Source of the DNA: Eledone cirrhosa
Lineage: Eukaryota
Length of the DNA stretch: 64,000 nucleotides
NCBI GenBank assembly: GCA_964016885.1
Contig: OZ024742.1
Coordinates: forward strand, 15,500,001 to 15,564,000
Direction of reading: 5' to 3'
A program made the position numbers and the translations under genes. This document shows positions 1-10,605 of the stretch, piece by piece. The notes below the pieces were generated by a model. The model was not told where the DNA came from. It ran no database searches and worked only from the letters and a program-made list of their open reading frames with translations. Each line of letters starts with the position of its first letter. The stretch's first letter is position 1.

Positions 1-81
1 TTATTATAAACATACAGAATATTTTCGAATATTCTATGTCTATATTCACATATATATCGCTATTTCAGAGCATTTATTCCA

Positions 82-83
<2 letters not shown>

Positions 84-152
<69 letters not shown>
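84..152. repeat. (TA)n microsatellite
   Basis: Pure TA run abutting the 3' tail of the RTE element. Confidence 0.97.
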
Positions 153-153
<1 letters not shown>

Positions 154-156
<3 letters not shown>

Positions 157-1842
157 TCATCATCATCATCGTTTAACGTCCATATTCCACGCTTGCATGG
201 GTTTGGACGGGAGTTTTCCCACTTGAGGCAAGAGTGGTTGTCTTGCTCGCATAGGACTGTCTGGCGGGTTTTCTACGGCTGGATGCCCTTCCTAACACCA
301 ACCACATTTACAGTGTGGAATTGGGAGGTTTTTACCGTGTTATCTACACGGCCACATTACAGCGTGGACTGTGTTTTTTTTTTGTCGTGACACCTACACG
401 ACCTCATTTGTTTCGGCCTGGATGTTGTGGTACCAACATAACTTTACATTGAAAGGGGTGGTGTGGATGGGGCGGGGGTAGTGGGACGGGGTGTATTTTG
501 TTAGAGGTGCCTACTGACTGTAGTAGGTTTTACTTTGTATTTAGGTAAGGCGGGTCTTCTCTGTTACTGTGTAGCGCGAAAGATCTCGGTCCAGTGACAT
601 TGTCTTGGAGAAGTGTAAGTGTGTGAGGTCGGAATTTATCAAGTCGTCCCAGGTTTTTCTGGGTCTGCCTACTCCGTGGCTACCGTCTATTTTTATTGCC
701 CTACACTTTTTTTTATACAGCTGTCGTCTTTCATGCGCATCACGTGACCATACCAACGTAGCCTTCTCTCGAGTAAACAACATCTGATCCCTCTTATTTC
801 TAATTTTTCCCTTAGTTCGTTTATGCTTTGCCGTTCACGTATATTACTATTACACATCCAGCGGAGCATGCAAGCTTCATTCCTCTCCAGTCTGCGTATA
901 TCCTCTGCACACAATGCCCAGGTCTCACTGCCATGCAACATTGCTGTTCGTATGCAGGCATCATACAGCCTGCCTTTCATTTTTAAGGAGAACCCTTTAG
1001 CGGCTAATAGTGGTATAAGCTCTCTGAACTTTTTCCAACCAGTTCTGACTCTAGCTACTGTACTTTCAGAGCACCCTCCCCCACTGCTGATTTTGTCACC
1101 CAGGTAACGGAAGCTGTCCACTATTTCTATAGAACAATCTGTGCAATTGAAAGAGCTAGTATTCTGTGGGCACTTGCTGCTACTTATTGCACCAGAGCAC
1201 CGGCCACATATAAAATCTATGTTCTTAGTTAGCTTACCTGTGATCCCAATACATCTTTTATGCACCCATACTTTGCATTTGGGACATAAAATGGAGTTTC
1301 TACCTACTCCTTTCCCACACACTGAGCATGGCCATTTCCCGGATGGGACCGGCACCCTATTTTCCTTCATACAAACTAGCACTTTAGTCTTAGAAAGGTA
1401 ATTTTAAGGCCTTTTGATTCTAGGCCATGCTTCCATGTTTGGAATTTCTTATCTAGTTCGGCCATTGATTCAGCTATGAGTGTCAGGTCGTCTGCGTATA
1501 GGAGTTCCCATGGGCAGCCGGTCTTGAACTCCACTGTTATAGCCTGAAGGGCAATAATAAATAGTAGGGGGCTAAGAATGGAGCCCTGATGAACACCAAC
1601 TTTTACGCTAAACTCTTCACTATATTCGTTGTTAATTCTAACCTTGCTGACTGTTTCTTTATACATGGCTCGTATAGCTCTCAGAAGCCATTCATCAACA
1701 CCTAGTTTTCTAAGAGCCCACCAGATAATGGAACGGGGGACTCTGTCGAAGGCTTTCTCCAACTCGACAAAACCTAAGTATAGGGGTTTACTTTTAGCTA
1801 GGTACTTCTCCTGTAGTTGTCGTACAATGAAAAGAGCGTCTG

Positions 1843-1843
<1 letters not shown>
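154..1843 (-). mobile_element. 5'-truncated RTE-clade non-LTR retrotransposon
   Basis: Minus-strand RT motifs LEKAFDRVPR, GVHQGSILSP, LLYADD, FRYLG, HGSETW, RLRWYGHVMR, GRPRKTW. (GAT)n-type 3' tail at ~154-170. (TA)n on both flanks. Confidence 0.92.
541..1843 (-). pseudogene. RTE reverse transcriptase C-terminal part with embedded PHD finger, two frameshifts
   Basis: ORFs 1376-1762, 693-1382 and 541-783 join into one RT via a 1-bp loss near 1398 and slippage in the T run near 707-714. Confidence 0.9.

Positions 1844-1904
<61 letters not shown>
1843..1904. repeat. (TA)n microsatellite
   Basis: Pure TA run. Confidence 0.97.
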
Positions 1905-1908
<4 letters not shown>

Positions 1909-2091
1909 AATACAATAACAGAGATAGTTTAAAGCTAATCTCTGACTGGTAACCATCTCACTCAACAAACATTAGGTTATATTTTAATATAAACCCAATT
2001 TAAGTGTTTGGGGTGCTAACAATATGTATTATGTGGAAAAGCCAGTTGTATTATTGTATGAGATATAATTAAAGTTAAAATATATCTCTCT

Positions 2092-2216
2092 TTCCAAACA
2101 ATTGTTTCATTATAAGTTTTCTACAAATTCGGAGAATATTTCCAGTTTATGTAGAAGCCTAATATACATTCATGTAAGAATATATTTAGGTGGGCGCATA
2201 TAAATCATCAGTGGAA
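2092..2216 (-). ncRNA. Type I hammerhead ribozyme motif with expanded stem-loop II
   Basis: Minus strand: UUCCA-CUGAUGA-U-UUAUA...UAUAA-U-GAAA-CAAUUGU-U-UGGAA. Stem I UUCCA/UGGAA, palindromic stem III ACAAUUGU, GUU triplet. Confidence 0.6.
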
Positions 2217-2409
2217 GCCCAATAAACTTTGATATAAGAAAAACATTTCTTACCACAGTTAAAAATCGTGTCCGTTAAGTTGCTCCTTCCCACATCGAAT
2301 GACCGGCAAATTTGAAATTCCAGCAGTTTTTGACTGAGGAACTATTATAGCGTCACTAAGCAGGAAGGGGAGACAACTACGATCCACGAAAGGAGGAAAA
2401 AAAAATAAT

Positions 2410-2908
2410 ATACACGCGGGTTAATCAGTTTTTTCGAAAACATTATCAATCCAACGTGTTAAGAACTCAATTGAAATAAAAAAAATAAATATATGCGTGT
2501 ATAAATTACACACGCATATAGATATTTTCTTAGGCTAAAAACAGAGGTTGTACCTGAATAAGAAACCGCATCTCGTAATTGTAGTAAATACGGAAAGTTA
2601 TGCTTTAAAGGGCAAATGGGAATGTAAATCTCCGGCCGAATTAAGAGTAAAATATAAAACACACGCGGGTTAATTAGTTATTTCAAAACCAATATCAATT
2701 CCTCGTGTAAAGAACTCAATTAATTTAAAAAAACAGATGTATGCATGTAATTATATACATAGGCATATATATATATATTTTCTTAGGCTAAAAAACAGAG
2801 CAGTTACAACCAATAAAAACCACAATATCGCACAACAGTAATAAATACGGAAAGTCAAATTTATAAGGTACCTGGAAATAAACAGCTCTGGCCAATCAAG
2901 AGTAAAAT
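2410..2908. repeat. Diverged ~250-bp tandem duplication
   Basis: ACACGCGGGTTAAT...AAGAACTCAATT...TTTCTTAGGCTAAAAA...TAAATACGGAAAGT...AAGAGTAAAATAT occurs from ~2412 and again from ~2661. Confidence 0.85.
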
Positions 2909-3061
2909 ATTAATACAATAACAGAGATAGTTTAAAGCTAATCTCTGACTGGTAACCATCTCACTCAACAAACATTAGGTTATATTTTAATATAAACCCA
3001 ATTTAAGTGTTTGGGGTGCTAACAATATGTATTATGTGGAAAAGCCAGTTGTATTATTTTA

Positions 3062-3250
3062 CGGTGGATTGGCAGTATCGGTAGAGGTTCGGACGCCATG
3101 CTTTGACGCATAGAGTTACGGCCCTTGCCATTCTGAGTTCAAATCCCGCCGAGGTTAACTTTGCCTTTCATCCTTACGGGGTCGATAAAATAAAGTACCA
3201 GTAATGTACTGGGTAATTTTCTGGCCTTGTGCCAATAGTAGAAACAATTA
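3062..3250 (+). mobile_element. tRNA-derived SINE (family A) with 9-bp TSD
   Basis: A box TGGCAGTATCGG, B box GAGTTCAAATCC, ATT tail. TSD ATTATTTTA at 3053-3061 and 3247-3255. Empty paralogous site at ~2050-2060. Confidence 0.93.
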
Positions 3251-3288
3251 TTTTATGAGATATAATTAAAGTTAAAATATATCTCTCT

Positions 3289-3413
3289 TTCCAAACAATT
3301 GTTTCATTATAAGTTTTCTACAAATTCGGAGAATATTTCCAGTTTATGTAGAAGCCTAATATACATTCATGTAAGAATATATTTAGGTGGGCGCTTATAA
3401 ATCATCAGTGGAA
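3289..3413 (-). ncRNA. Type I hammerhead ribozyme motif, second copy
   Basis: Same core as 2092-2216; stem II base is UUAUAAG/CUUAUAA (7 bp). Confidence 0.62.
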
Positions 3414-3455
3414 GCCCAATAAACTCTGATATAAGAAAAACATTTCTTACCACAG

Positions 3456-3456
<1 letters not shown>

Positions 3457-3508
<52 letters not shown>
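3457..3508. repeat. (TA)n microsatellite
   Basis: Pure TA run. Confidence 0.97.
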
Positions 3509-3513
<5 letters not shown>

Positions 3514-3714
3514 ATACTTGGGGAGGGTCATATTTGTGTAATATTGCCAGAATTAATAACAGAACACACTCACTGTCTGGTTGGTTTTCGCTTCTCGCTT
3601 CTGTGTCTTTTATATCGTTAATCTAACTTACTCGGTCCTCAATGTTGCCATTGACTGACCGACGGTCAAAAATAATACAGATACAATATAGACACAAACA
3701 CATATTTATAGTTT

Positions 3715-3757
3715 ATCATAAATCTTTCGTTGCACATCTGCAACATCGTCAGTGGTG
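3715..3757 (-). ncRNA. Minimal hammerhead-like motif in PLE pseudo-LTR
   Basis: CUGACGA-U-GUUGCA-GAUG-UGCAAC-GAAA-GAUUU-A; stem I weak (ACCA/UGAU). Confidence 0.55.
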
Positions 3758-4003
3758 CTATCTTTTCCTCCTGTTGTATTGTATGTCTACGCCATTTTTA
3801 TTCAGTCTGTCTATATATTTATTTATTTATTTGCTTGTTTGTTTATTTTATTTTGTCTTCTTTGCGCATGCGTTTGCGTGTGTGTATAGTGTTTTGTTTG
3901 CTGTGTGATGGGTGACTAGTGTGTGTTTATGTGCTTGTTGTTATTGTGCTTGTGTATGTATTTATTTATTTATTTATTTATTTATTTTATTTTATTTACT
4001 TAT

Positions 4004-4990
4004 TTATACTTCTCTTAGGTCAGTGTTTTTTGTTTGGGTGTTGTTGTTATTCCATTCATTCTTTCTGTTTAGTCTTGGTCTTCTAATTTCTATTTCACTG
4101 GCTTCTCTGATTTTCCTATCTGCTGGGTCATTTCTATGTTTAGATATTATTCTAATTTCTATGTTGTCTATGTTACCGTCATGATGTTGTCTAGCATGTT
4201 CGTATAGTACTGGCCCGTGTTTTCGTCCTTTTAGTTCCCCCCAGTGTTGGTCTATCCTTTCACCTATGCTACGAGCTGTCTCACCTATGTATGTTGTTGT
4301 CATGTTTCTGCAAGTACCCTCTGTACATCTTATGCTATAGACTACGTTTCTAGTTTTACAGTTTATCCGGGGGTTCACCTTACATATGATACATTTCCTA
4401 TTGGTACAGTGGGTTTTCTTAAAAGGGTAGGTTTTGCTGATCAGGGATTTTATAGTGGTTCCTGGCTTTTCTACCACCTTAATTTTTAAGTGGGTCTTTC
4501 TCAGGGCCTTTCTACACTGGTTAGCTAATTTCCCTCTAGGGGTAGCGTCCACAAACATGACACTCTGGTATCTCTGGTTGTCGTACCATGAGGTGGCTTT
4601 CCCTATCTTATGCCTAGCCCTATCTAAGCTATTCCATGATTTTCTCCTGTATAATGGGCAAATTCCTTTCATGTCCAGTTCTATGAGGGTCTTATACTTC
4701 TCCATGGCTCCTTCGTATACTCTGACTCTGTCTCTTTGGTTGTAGCCAGAGAACTGCATGCGGTTGATGAAGTGTTGGATGTGTCTTTCTATTTCTGTTG
4801 GGTCGCACATGCGGGACACATTCTTCATCACTCGTACCAAATCTGCGATCAGAATATTAAACTTAGCCCTACTGGACATTGCTGAGTTTTTGAGTATCAG
4901 GTATTTGGAGGCCATGGGTTTAGCATAGTGTGAGTGGAGAATTTGGGCTCTCTCGTCTATAGTGTTAATCCAGAGTTCTGTGTCTAATAC
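4004..4990 (-). pseudogene. PLE RT C-terminus, Cys-rich linker and GIY-YIG endonuclease (N-terminally truncated)
   Basis: VLDTELW...YAKPMAS...SA, then CTNRKCIIC, NVVYSIRC...YIGETARSIGERIDQH...REASEI...PRLN. The frame is open, but 4991-5137 of the track ORF is inverted-repeat sequence. Confidence 0.88.
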
Positions 4991-5291
4991 AGAATGAATG
5001 GAATAACAACAACACCCAAACAAAAAACACTGACCTAAGAGAAGTATAAATAAGTAAATAAAATAAAATAAATAAATAAATAAATAAATAAATACACAAG
5101 CACAATAACAACAAGCACATAAACACACACTAGTCACCCATCACACAGCAAACAAAACACTATACACACACGCAAACGCATGCGCAAAGAAGACAAAATA
5201 AAATAAACAAACAAGCAAATAAATAAATAAATATATAGACAGACTGAATAAAAATGGCGTAGACATACAATACAACAGGAGGAAAAGATAG

Positions 5292-5334
5292 CACAACTGA
5301 CGATGTTGCAGATGTGGAACGAAAGATTTATGAT
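5292..5334 (+). ncRNA. Degenerate inverted copy of the PLE hammerhead-like motif
   Basis: CTGACGA at 5297-5303 and GAAA at 5321-5324; extra mismatches in stems I and II. Confidence 0.4.
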
Positions 5335-5358
5335 AAACTATAAATATGTGTTTGTGTG

Positions 5359-6212
5359 ACACAACCATCAACACCACCAGTAGCAGAGATGGCAGCAACA
5401 ACTGTAGCAGCAACAACAGAAGCAACTATAACAGCAACAACCACAGCAACAGTAGCAAAACCAACACCACTACCACCACCAGCAAAACCAACACCACCAC
5501 CACCCAACGCTTCAGAACTAGCACCAGCGCCTACACCATCCACCGCACCACAACCAAAACTAACGGCTGTGGAGGATTTTCCACTCCCCGGCCTATCACA
5601 ACTGGAGACAGATTGTGACGACGAGGAGTGGGAAACGATATCCGGAAAAAAAAAAGAAACCAAAAAAGAAAAAATTCTCTTCCTTCCCCCTCCAAAAACA
5701 AAATACAGAGGGAAACAAATAAACTAAGAAACATAAAAGTTAGGACAGATATGCCACCATCCACACCAGCATCACCAACCCCATCAACCCAAACACCAAC
5801 ACCATCACCATCATTAACTCCAACACCACCATCACCTACACCACAAAAGTCACCAAAATGCGAAACAGAAACAAACCCACAACAAACGCAAACAAAACAA
5901 AACAACCAAAACGATACACACTACACAGCATTAAATTTGAACAACAAGCAATTATTACACTACATCCAACACAACACCAGCATCACAGAAAAAGACTACA
6001 CAACAATCCCAAAATTCACACCACCTCCACACATACAAATCACTCGCATCACACAGAAAACGTACATGACACTAAAACAAAAATTCCCCAAAGACATCGG
6101 AGACTTCCGACAAGCACTCTCCAGGAGGATTTATAAGGACATCCTTCCTGAGGAGGCCACAAGCAGTGAAAAGGATGGAAAAACCGTCCTTCCCCTACGA
6201 GAAGTAAGGTAA
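5359..6212 (+). pseudogene. Probable ORF1 C-terminal fragment (Pro/Thr-rich, disordered)
   Basis: ORFs 5356-5727 and 5628-6212 join by a slip in the A run at ~5647-5656 (EEWETISGKKKR...). Stop lies 34 bp before the ORF2 ATG. Confidence 0.55.
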
Positions 6213-6246
6213 GTGGTCTTTCCCATCTTTTCCACTCCTTTTCAAC

Positions 6247-9200
6247 ATGACCTCACTCAGAATAGGCAGCATAAATGCGCGTGGCTTGGGGTCGTCATGG
6301 AAGCAGGGCCACCTGCTCAACGACCTCAGGTCACTAAACATAGATGTAGTGGCCATCAGCGAGACCAGAATCTCCGAAGCACAGGCTTTCGCACCGATCT
6401 TCGGCGGCTACGATGTGTACGCATCTCCCAGCCGTCCGGGATCGGGGGAGGAGTTGCTGTGCTTTTTCGGAGAGGTTTGGATCTTGCCATACGGGCCATC
6501 TTCCTGGACCCAGAAGGTAAGTTGGTGTTGCTGGACGTGACCAGCGGAGACGGGCAAGCTTTCAGGTTAGTGGCCGTCTATGCCCCGACAGGAGCAGGGC
6601 GGCCTGATTTCTTCCGGCGTCTGGAGACTTTTCTTGGAACGTCCCGCTCTTTAGTGTTAGTGGGCGACTGGAACGGGATCTTAGATGCACGCTGGGATTG
6701 TGTGGGATTAGTGGATAGGGAAGGAGGGTGCAAGAGTCTCACCACCCTGCTCAGACGTTTTGAACTGTCTGACAGGTACCGAATGGATTTCCCGAATGTA
6801 CCAATGTGGACTTGGACAAATCGCATAGGGTCATCCAGATCATATCTAGATAGAGTATTTTGTAGGGAAATAGATAGGTCTAGCATAGGCTGTCCACAAT
6901 TCAAGATAGTCAGCTACACGGACCACAAATTCGTGATCTGTGTGCTTGACTTAGATAGGCTTCATAGACGAGGACCCGGCTACTGGAAACTAAACGCGTC
7001 CTTACCAGCGCGCAAGGCCTACAGAGACCGGATTAGCGAACTAGTTAAGCGGGCGTTGACGGGGGCCATCGTCAACAACAAGTGGTGGTTTGCTCTGAAA
7101 AGAGCAATTAGAATAGAGTCCATTAGGTTTAGTAAGACTTTAGCAATAGAGAAAAATAGAGCAGAGGGAGAACTAGTTAGAAAATTAGATGAGGCGCTTA
7201 GCAAAGGCATCGCGACCGACGTACTTGCGGCGAAATTGGCCCTTGACCAATTCTTCAATGCAAAGCACGAAGGCTGCGTTGTCAGAGCTAGGGTGCGTGC
7301 TCTCAGACACGAGGGGACGAAAGCCGTTCAATGGGCCCGAGTGGCGGAGGCGCGTCGTGGCAACAAAGCCACGATCCGGTCTTTGGTGGACCACGACGGG
7401 CGCATGCTACTCGATCCCGGGCAAATGTGTGAAGCTTTTCAGCGACACTTCGCTCAACTGTTCGGGGGCAGTGGCGGGCCGGATCGAGGGATGGACTTTA
7501 GTGTCTACCTCGACGGACTGCCGCGGCTTCCGGCCACTGAGGCGGAGTGTTGCGAAAAGCCGATAACAACCGCTGAAGTACGGGATGCAATCACTAGTTG
7601 CACAAGGGGTAAATCGCCTGGTTTGGATGGTCTGCCCTATGAACTTTACGTACAAATGCCAAACTTGTTCGGAGGCCTCTTGGCGGACGTCTACTGCAAC
7701 TGGCAACAGAACGGGAGAATTCCCAGCTCTGTGAGCCGAGGAGCGGTGGCGCTGCTGAGAAAGGATCCGAACAAGGGGGATAACATAGATAATTTTAGGC
7801 CCATAACTCTGCTAAACACAGAGTTCAAGATTTTGGCCAAGGTGCTAGCAAAGAGGTTGGCGCTTGTCGTTGGTGGTCTGGTGGGAGAGGCACAGACATG
7901 CGCCATTCCCGACAGATCTATCCACGACAACCTCCACATCATGCGATACATCGTAGAGAGGGTAGCTAGGGAACCTGGCAAGGGTGGGTTTTTGATCAAT
8001 TTAGATCAATCGAAAGCCTTCGACAGGGTCGACCATCGTTACCTAGCGACAGTCCTGAGGGCGGCTGGCTTTGGGCCCGTCTTCAGAGGCTGGATCGCTG
8101 CCATGCACAGCGACATCTGCTCTGTAGTGAGAGTGAACGGTCACCTTTCGGAACCGTTCAACATCATGCGCTCGGTCCGCCAAGGATGTCCCCTCTCGTC
8201 CCTATTGTACGTATTGACTCTCGAGCCATTACTGCACAAACTGGAGACGTTGAGGGGGGTCCCGCGCGAACTAGGATGCGGAAGATCCGTGTCAGCATAT
8301 GCCGACGATGTCACCGTAGTGGTGTCGAACGCCAAACACATCGAGGCGATCGGCACTACACTAAGAGAATACGAAGCGGTGACAGGAGCAATGATCAACC
8401 AGGAAAAGTCAGTGGGCCTGCAGCTCGGCACCTGGAGAGGCAGGTCCATGCCGTCCAACAGCGTCGTCGGGCGCTGGACGGACGGACCGGTTAAATTGCT
8501 AGGGGTCTGGTTCGGTCCAGACCCCCAGACGGACAAAAACTGGGACGAGGTGACGAGCAGGTGGCTTCTCTCACCCAGAAATGGGCCGAGAGGAAGCTAT
8601 CCCTGAAAGGTCGAGCGGAGGTGGCGAATGCGTACATCGCATCCGTCATCTACTACCGCCTGACCGTCGTACCTTGTCCTAAGCCCCGCCTGACTGCGCT
8701 GGAGCGTTTGCTCTTTCGCTTCTTGTGGAAGGGACGCGCTCCGATGGTCAGGCGGTCCATCTGCTGTCAACACCCGCTACGTGGAGGGCTGGGCATGCCG
8801 TGGCTGATGATGCGCAGACACGCGCTCAGGCTACGACATCTCCACCTCTTCCTCGACGGTGATCAGGTGTGGTCGCCGTTTGCTAGACACGTTTTTCCCC
8901 AGCTCATCTCCTTGACGGAACTGCAGTCCTGGGTCAAGCGAAGACCGAGAGGGAGCGCTTGGAGGCTGGAATGTCTTCAGGCGCTCACAGCCCTCGACCA
9001 ATCGGGCAATGTGATCGGTGGAAACTCCACCTTGGCGTTCTATAGGGGATTAGTGGAGGGGAAGAGCGACGACGTACTTGGAGAAACTCTAGGCGTCGAT
9101 GAAAATCAACTAGCCAATCTCTTTGGAAGGACTTTCGGGCCGGGGCCTATGGACAACTTCCAGAAATCCCTGGCCTGGCAGTGCTACCGAGGAGCTTTGC

Positions 9201-9664
9201 CAGTTCGGGATAAACTCTACAGGCATGGAGGTGCCGTCAGCCGGGCATGTCCGAGATGCGCACAGGGCGACCAAACCGTCCTGCACGCACTCGTCCAGTG
9301 TCCGAGCATTACTGACTTGTGGGTTTATGTCGAACACCTGCTGTCACGTGTAGGACGGATCCAGCTATCAGCTGAGTCCATCGTGAGGATTGCCCCGCCC
9401 CCTTCCTTTAGCCGGGAAGGGCAGGCAGTTTTTATGTGTCTGGTGGCCATGGCGAAAGAGATAGTATGGTGGACACGTTTGAAAGGGCTGAAGACGAGCA
9501 CTTACCTCTTCGGTGATGCCCTGATTAACTTTTTCAAATTTCATTTGAAAAGGAAAATCAGGGTAGAGAGGGAAGTGCTCTCTTCCCAGCATTTTGTTGA
9601 AAGATGGGTGAGAGAAGCAAGTATGGCCCGAATGAATGGGCCTTCTCTGAGTATGTGTCTGTAA
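6247..9664 (+). pseudogene. ORF2: AP endonuclease, reverse transcriptase and C-terminal CCHC motif, two frameshifts
   Basis: SINARGL, ISETR, VYAP, GDWN, YLDRVF, TDH, GYWKLN, KSPGLDGL, FRPITLLN, DQSKAFDRVDH, VRQGCPLS, YADD (8298-8309), RGGLG, CPRC...HALVQC. Frameshifts near 6445 and 8560. Confidence 0.93.
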
Positions 9665-10042
9665 ATTAAAGGTGGAAAACTGGGAGAGGGCACTTGCCCT
9701 GGTGGTCAGGGCCACTGTGGTCTTTTAATGGGCTTTCTCCACAAATGTCCCTCGGAAGTGTCCCCCCTATTGGGGAATTTTTTCTTTGTTATTTTATTTC
9801 AACCTCCGTTTTTTTTACACGCAGAAATGCCCATTTGTACCGTCCTGTATTGTCCTGTACTGTCCTTAATGTCTACTTTATGTAAACCCTTGTGGTTAAT
9901 AAAGAAAACATTATTATTATTATTATTATTATATCATGACTCATACACTGTTCATTTTCCTGACATTTGTACATTATTCTATGTGCTATACATGCACCTT
10001 TGATGAGTTGTAGTGCACCTGAGCACTGTACACAATCATTTC

Positions 10043-10044
<2 letters not shown>

Positions 10045-10088
<44 letters not shown>
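10045..10088. repeat. (TA)n microsatellite
   Basis: Pure TA run. Confidence 0.97.
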
Positions 10089-10091
<3 letters not shown>

Positions 10092-10252
10092 CAAGGTTAC
10101 CTCTGTTAGGCGAGACGCCAGTGAAGATAGGAATCTCGCAGTCAGTAGCCCGTCTCCACCAAACGTCTCAAACTTTCTTTTCTCTTTCTTTTTTGTTTTG
10201 TTTTCCCTTTCCTTTTATATTTGTTTGTGCTTTCGTTTTGTAAGCATTGTTT

Positions 10253-10605
10253 TGGATTGGCAGTATCGGTAGAGGGTCGGACGCCGTGCTAGGGCGGTGG
10301 ATTGGCAGTATCGGTAGAGGGTCGGACGCCGTGCTAGGGCGGTGGATTGGCAGTATCGGTAGAGGGTCGGACGCCGTGCTAGGGCGGTGGATTGGCAGTA
10401 TCGGTAGAGGGTCGGACGCCGTGCTAGGGCGGTGGATTGGCAGTATCGGTAGAGGGTCGGACGCCGTGCTAGGGCGGTGGATTGGCAGTATCGGTAGAGG
10501 GTTGGACGCCGTGCTAGGGCGGTGGATTGGCAGTATCGGTAGAGGGTCGGACGCCGTGCTAGGGCGGTGGATTGGCAGTATCGGTAGAGGGTCGGACGCT
10601 GTGCT
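10253..10605 (+). repeat. 45-bp minisatellite (8 copies) made from the SINE family A 5' head
   Basis: TGGATTGGCAGTATCGGTAGAGGGTCGGACGCCGTGCTAGGGCGG starts every 45 bp from 10253 to 10568. Confidence 0.95.

Larger units (their letters stand above)
1905..3458 (-). mobile_element. Non-coding element with ~355-bp direct terminal repeats, each carrying a hammerhead motif (retrozyme-like or non-autonomous Penelope-like)
   Basis: 1905-2261 recurs at 2909-3458 (second copy interrupted by a SINE). No recognisable ORF. (TA)n on both flanks. Confidence 0.65.
3509..5358 (-). mobile_element. Penelope-like element (EN+), 5'-truncated, with inverted pseudo-LTR
   Basis: RT thumb plus GIY-YIG ORF. 3693-4062 is inverted at 4991-5358. 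3' end abuts (TA)n. Confidence 0.9.
5359..9931 (+). mobile_element. L1/Tx1-type non-LTR retrotransposon, truncated within ORF1
   Basis: Low-complexity ORF1 remnant, APE-RT-zinc motif ORF2, 3' UTR, AATAAA at 9898-9903, (ATT)n tail at ~9910-9931. Confidence 0.92.

Noticed and set aside
2334-2392. Plus-strand hammerhead at CTGAGGA
   Set aside because: No GAAA closing stem II and no stem I/III pairing
4991-5137. N-terminus of the 377-aa track ORF
   Set aside because: Derived from the inverted pseudo-LTR copy, not real coding sequence
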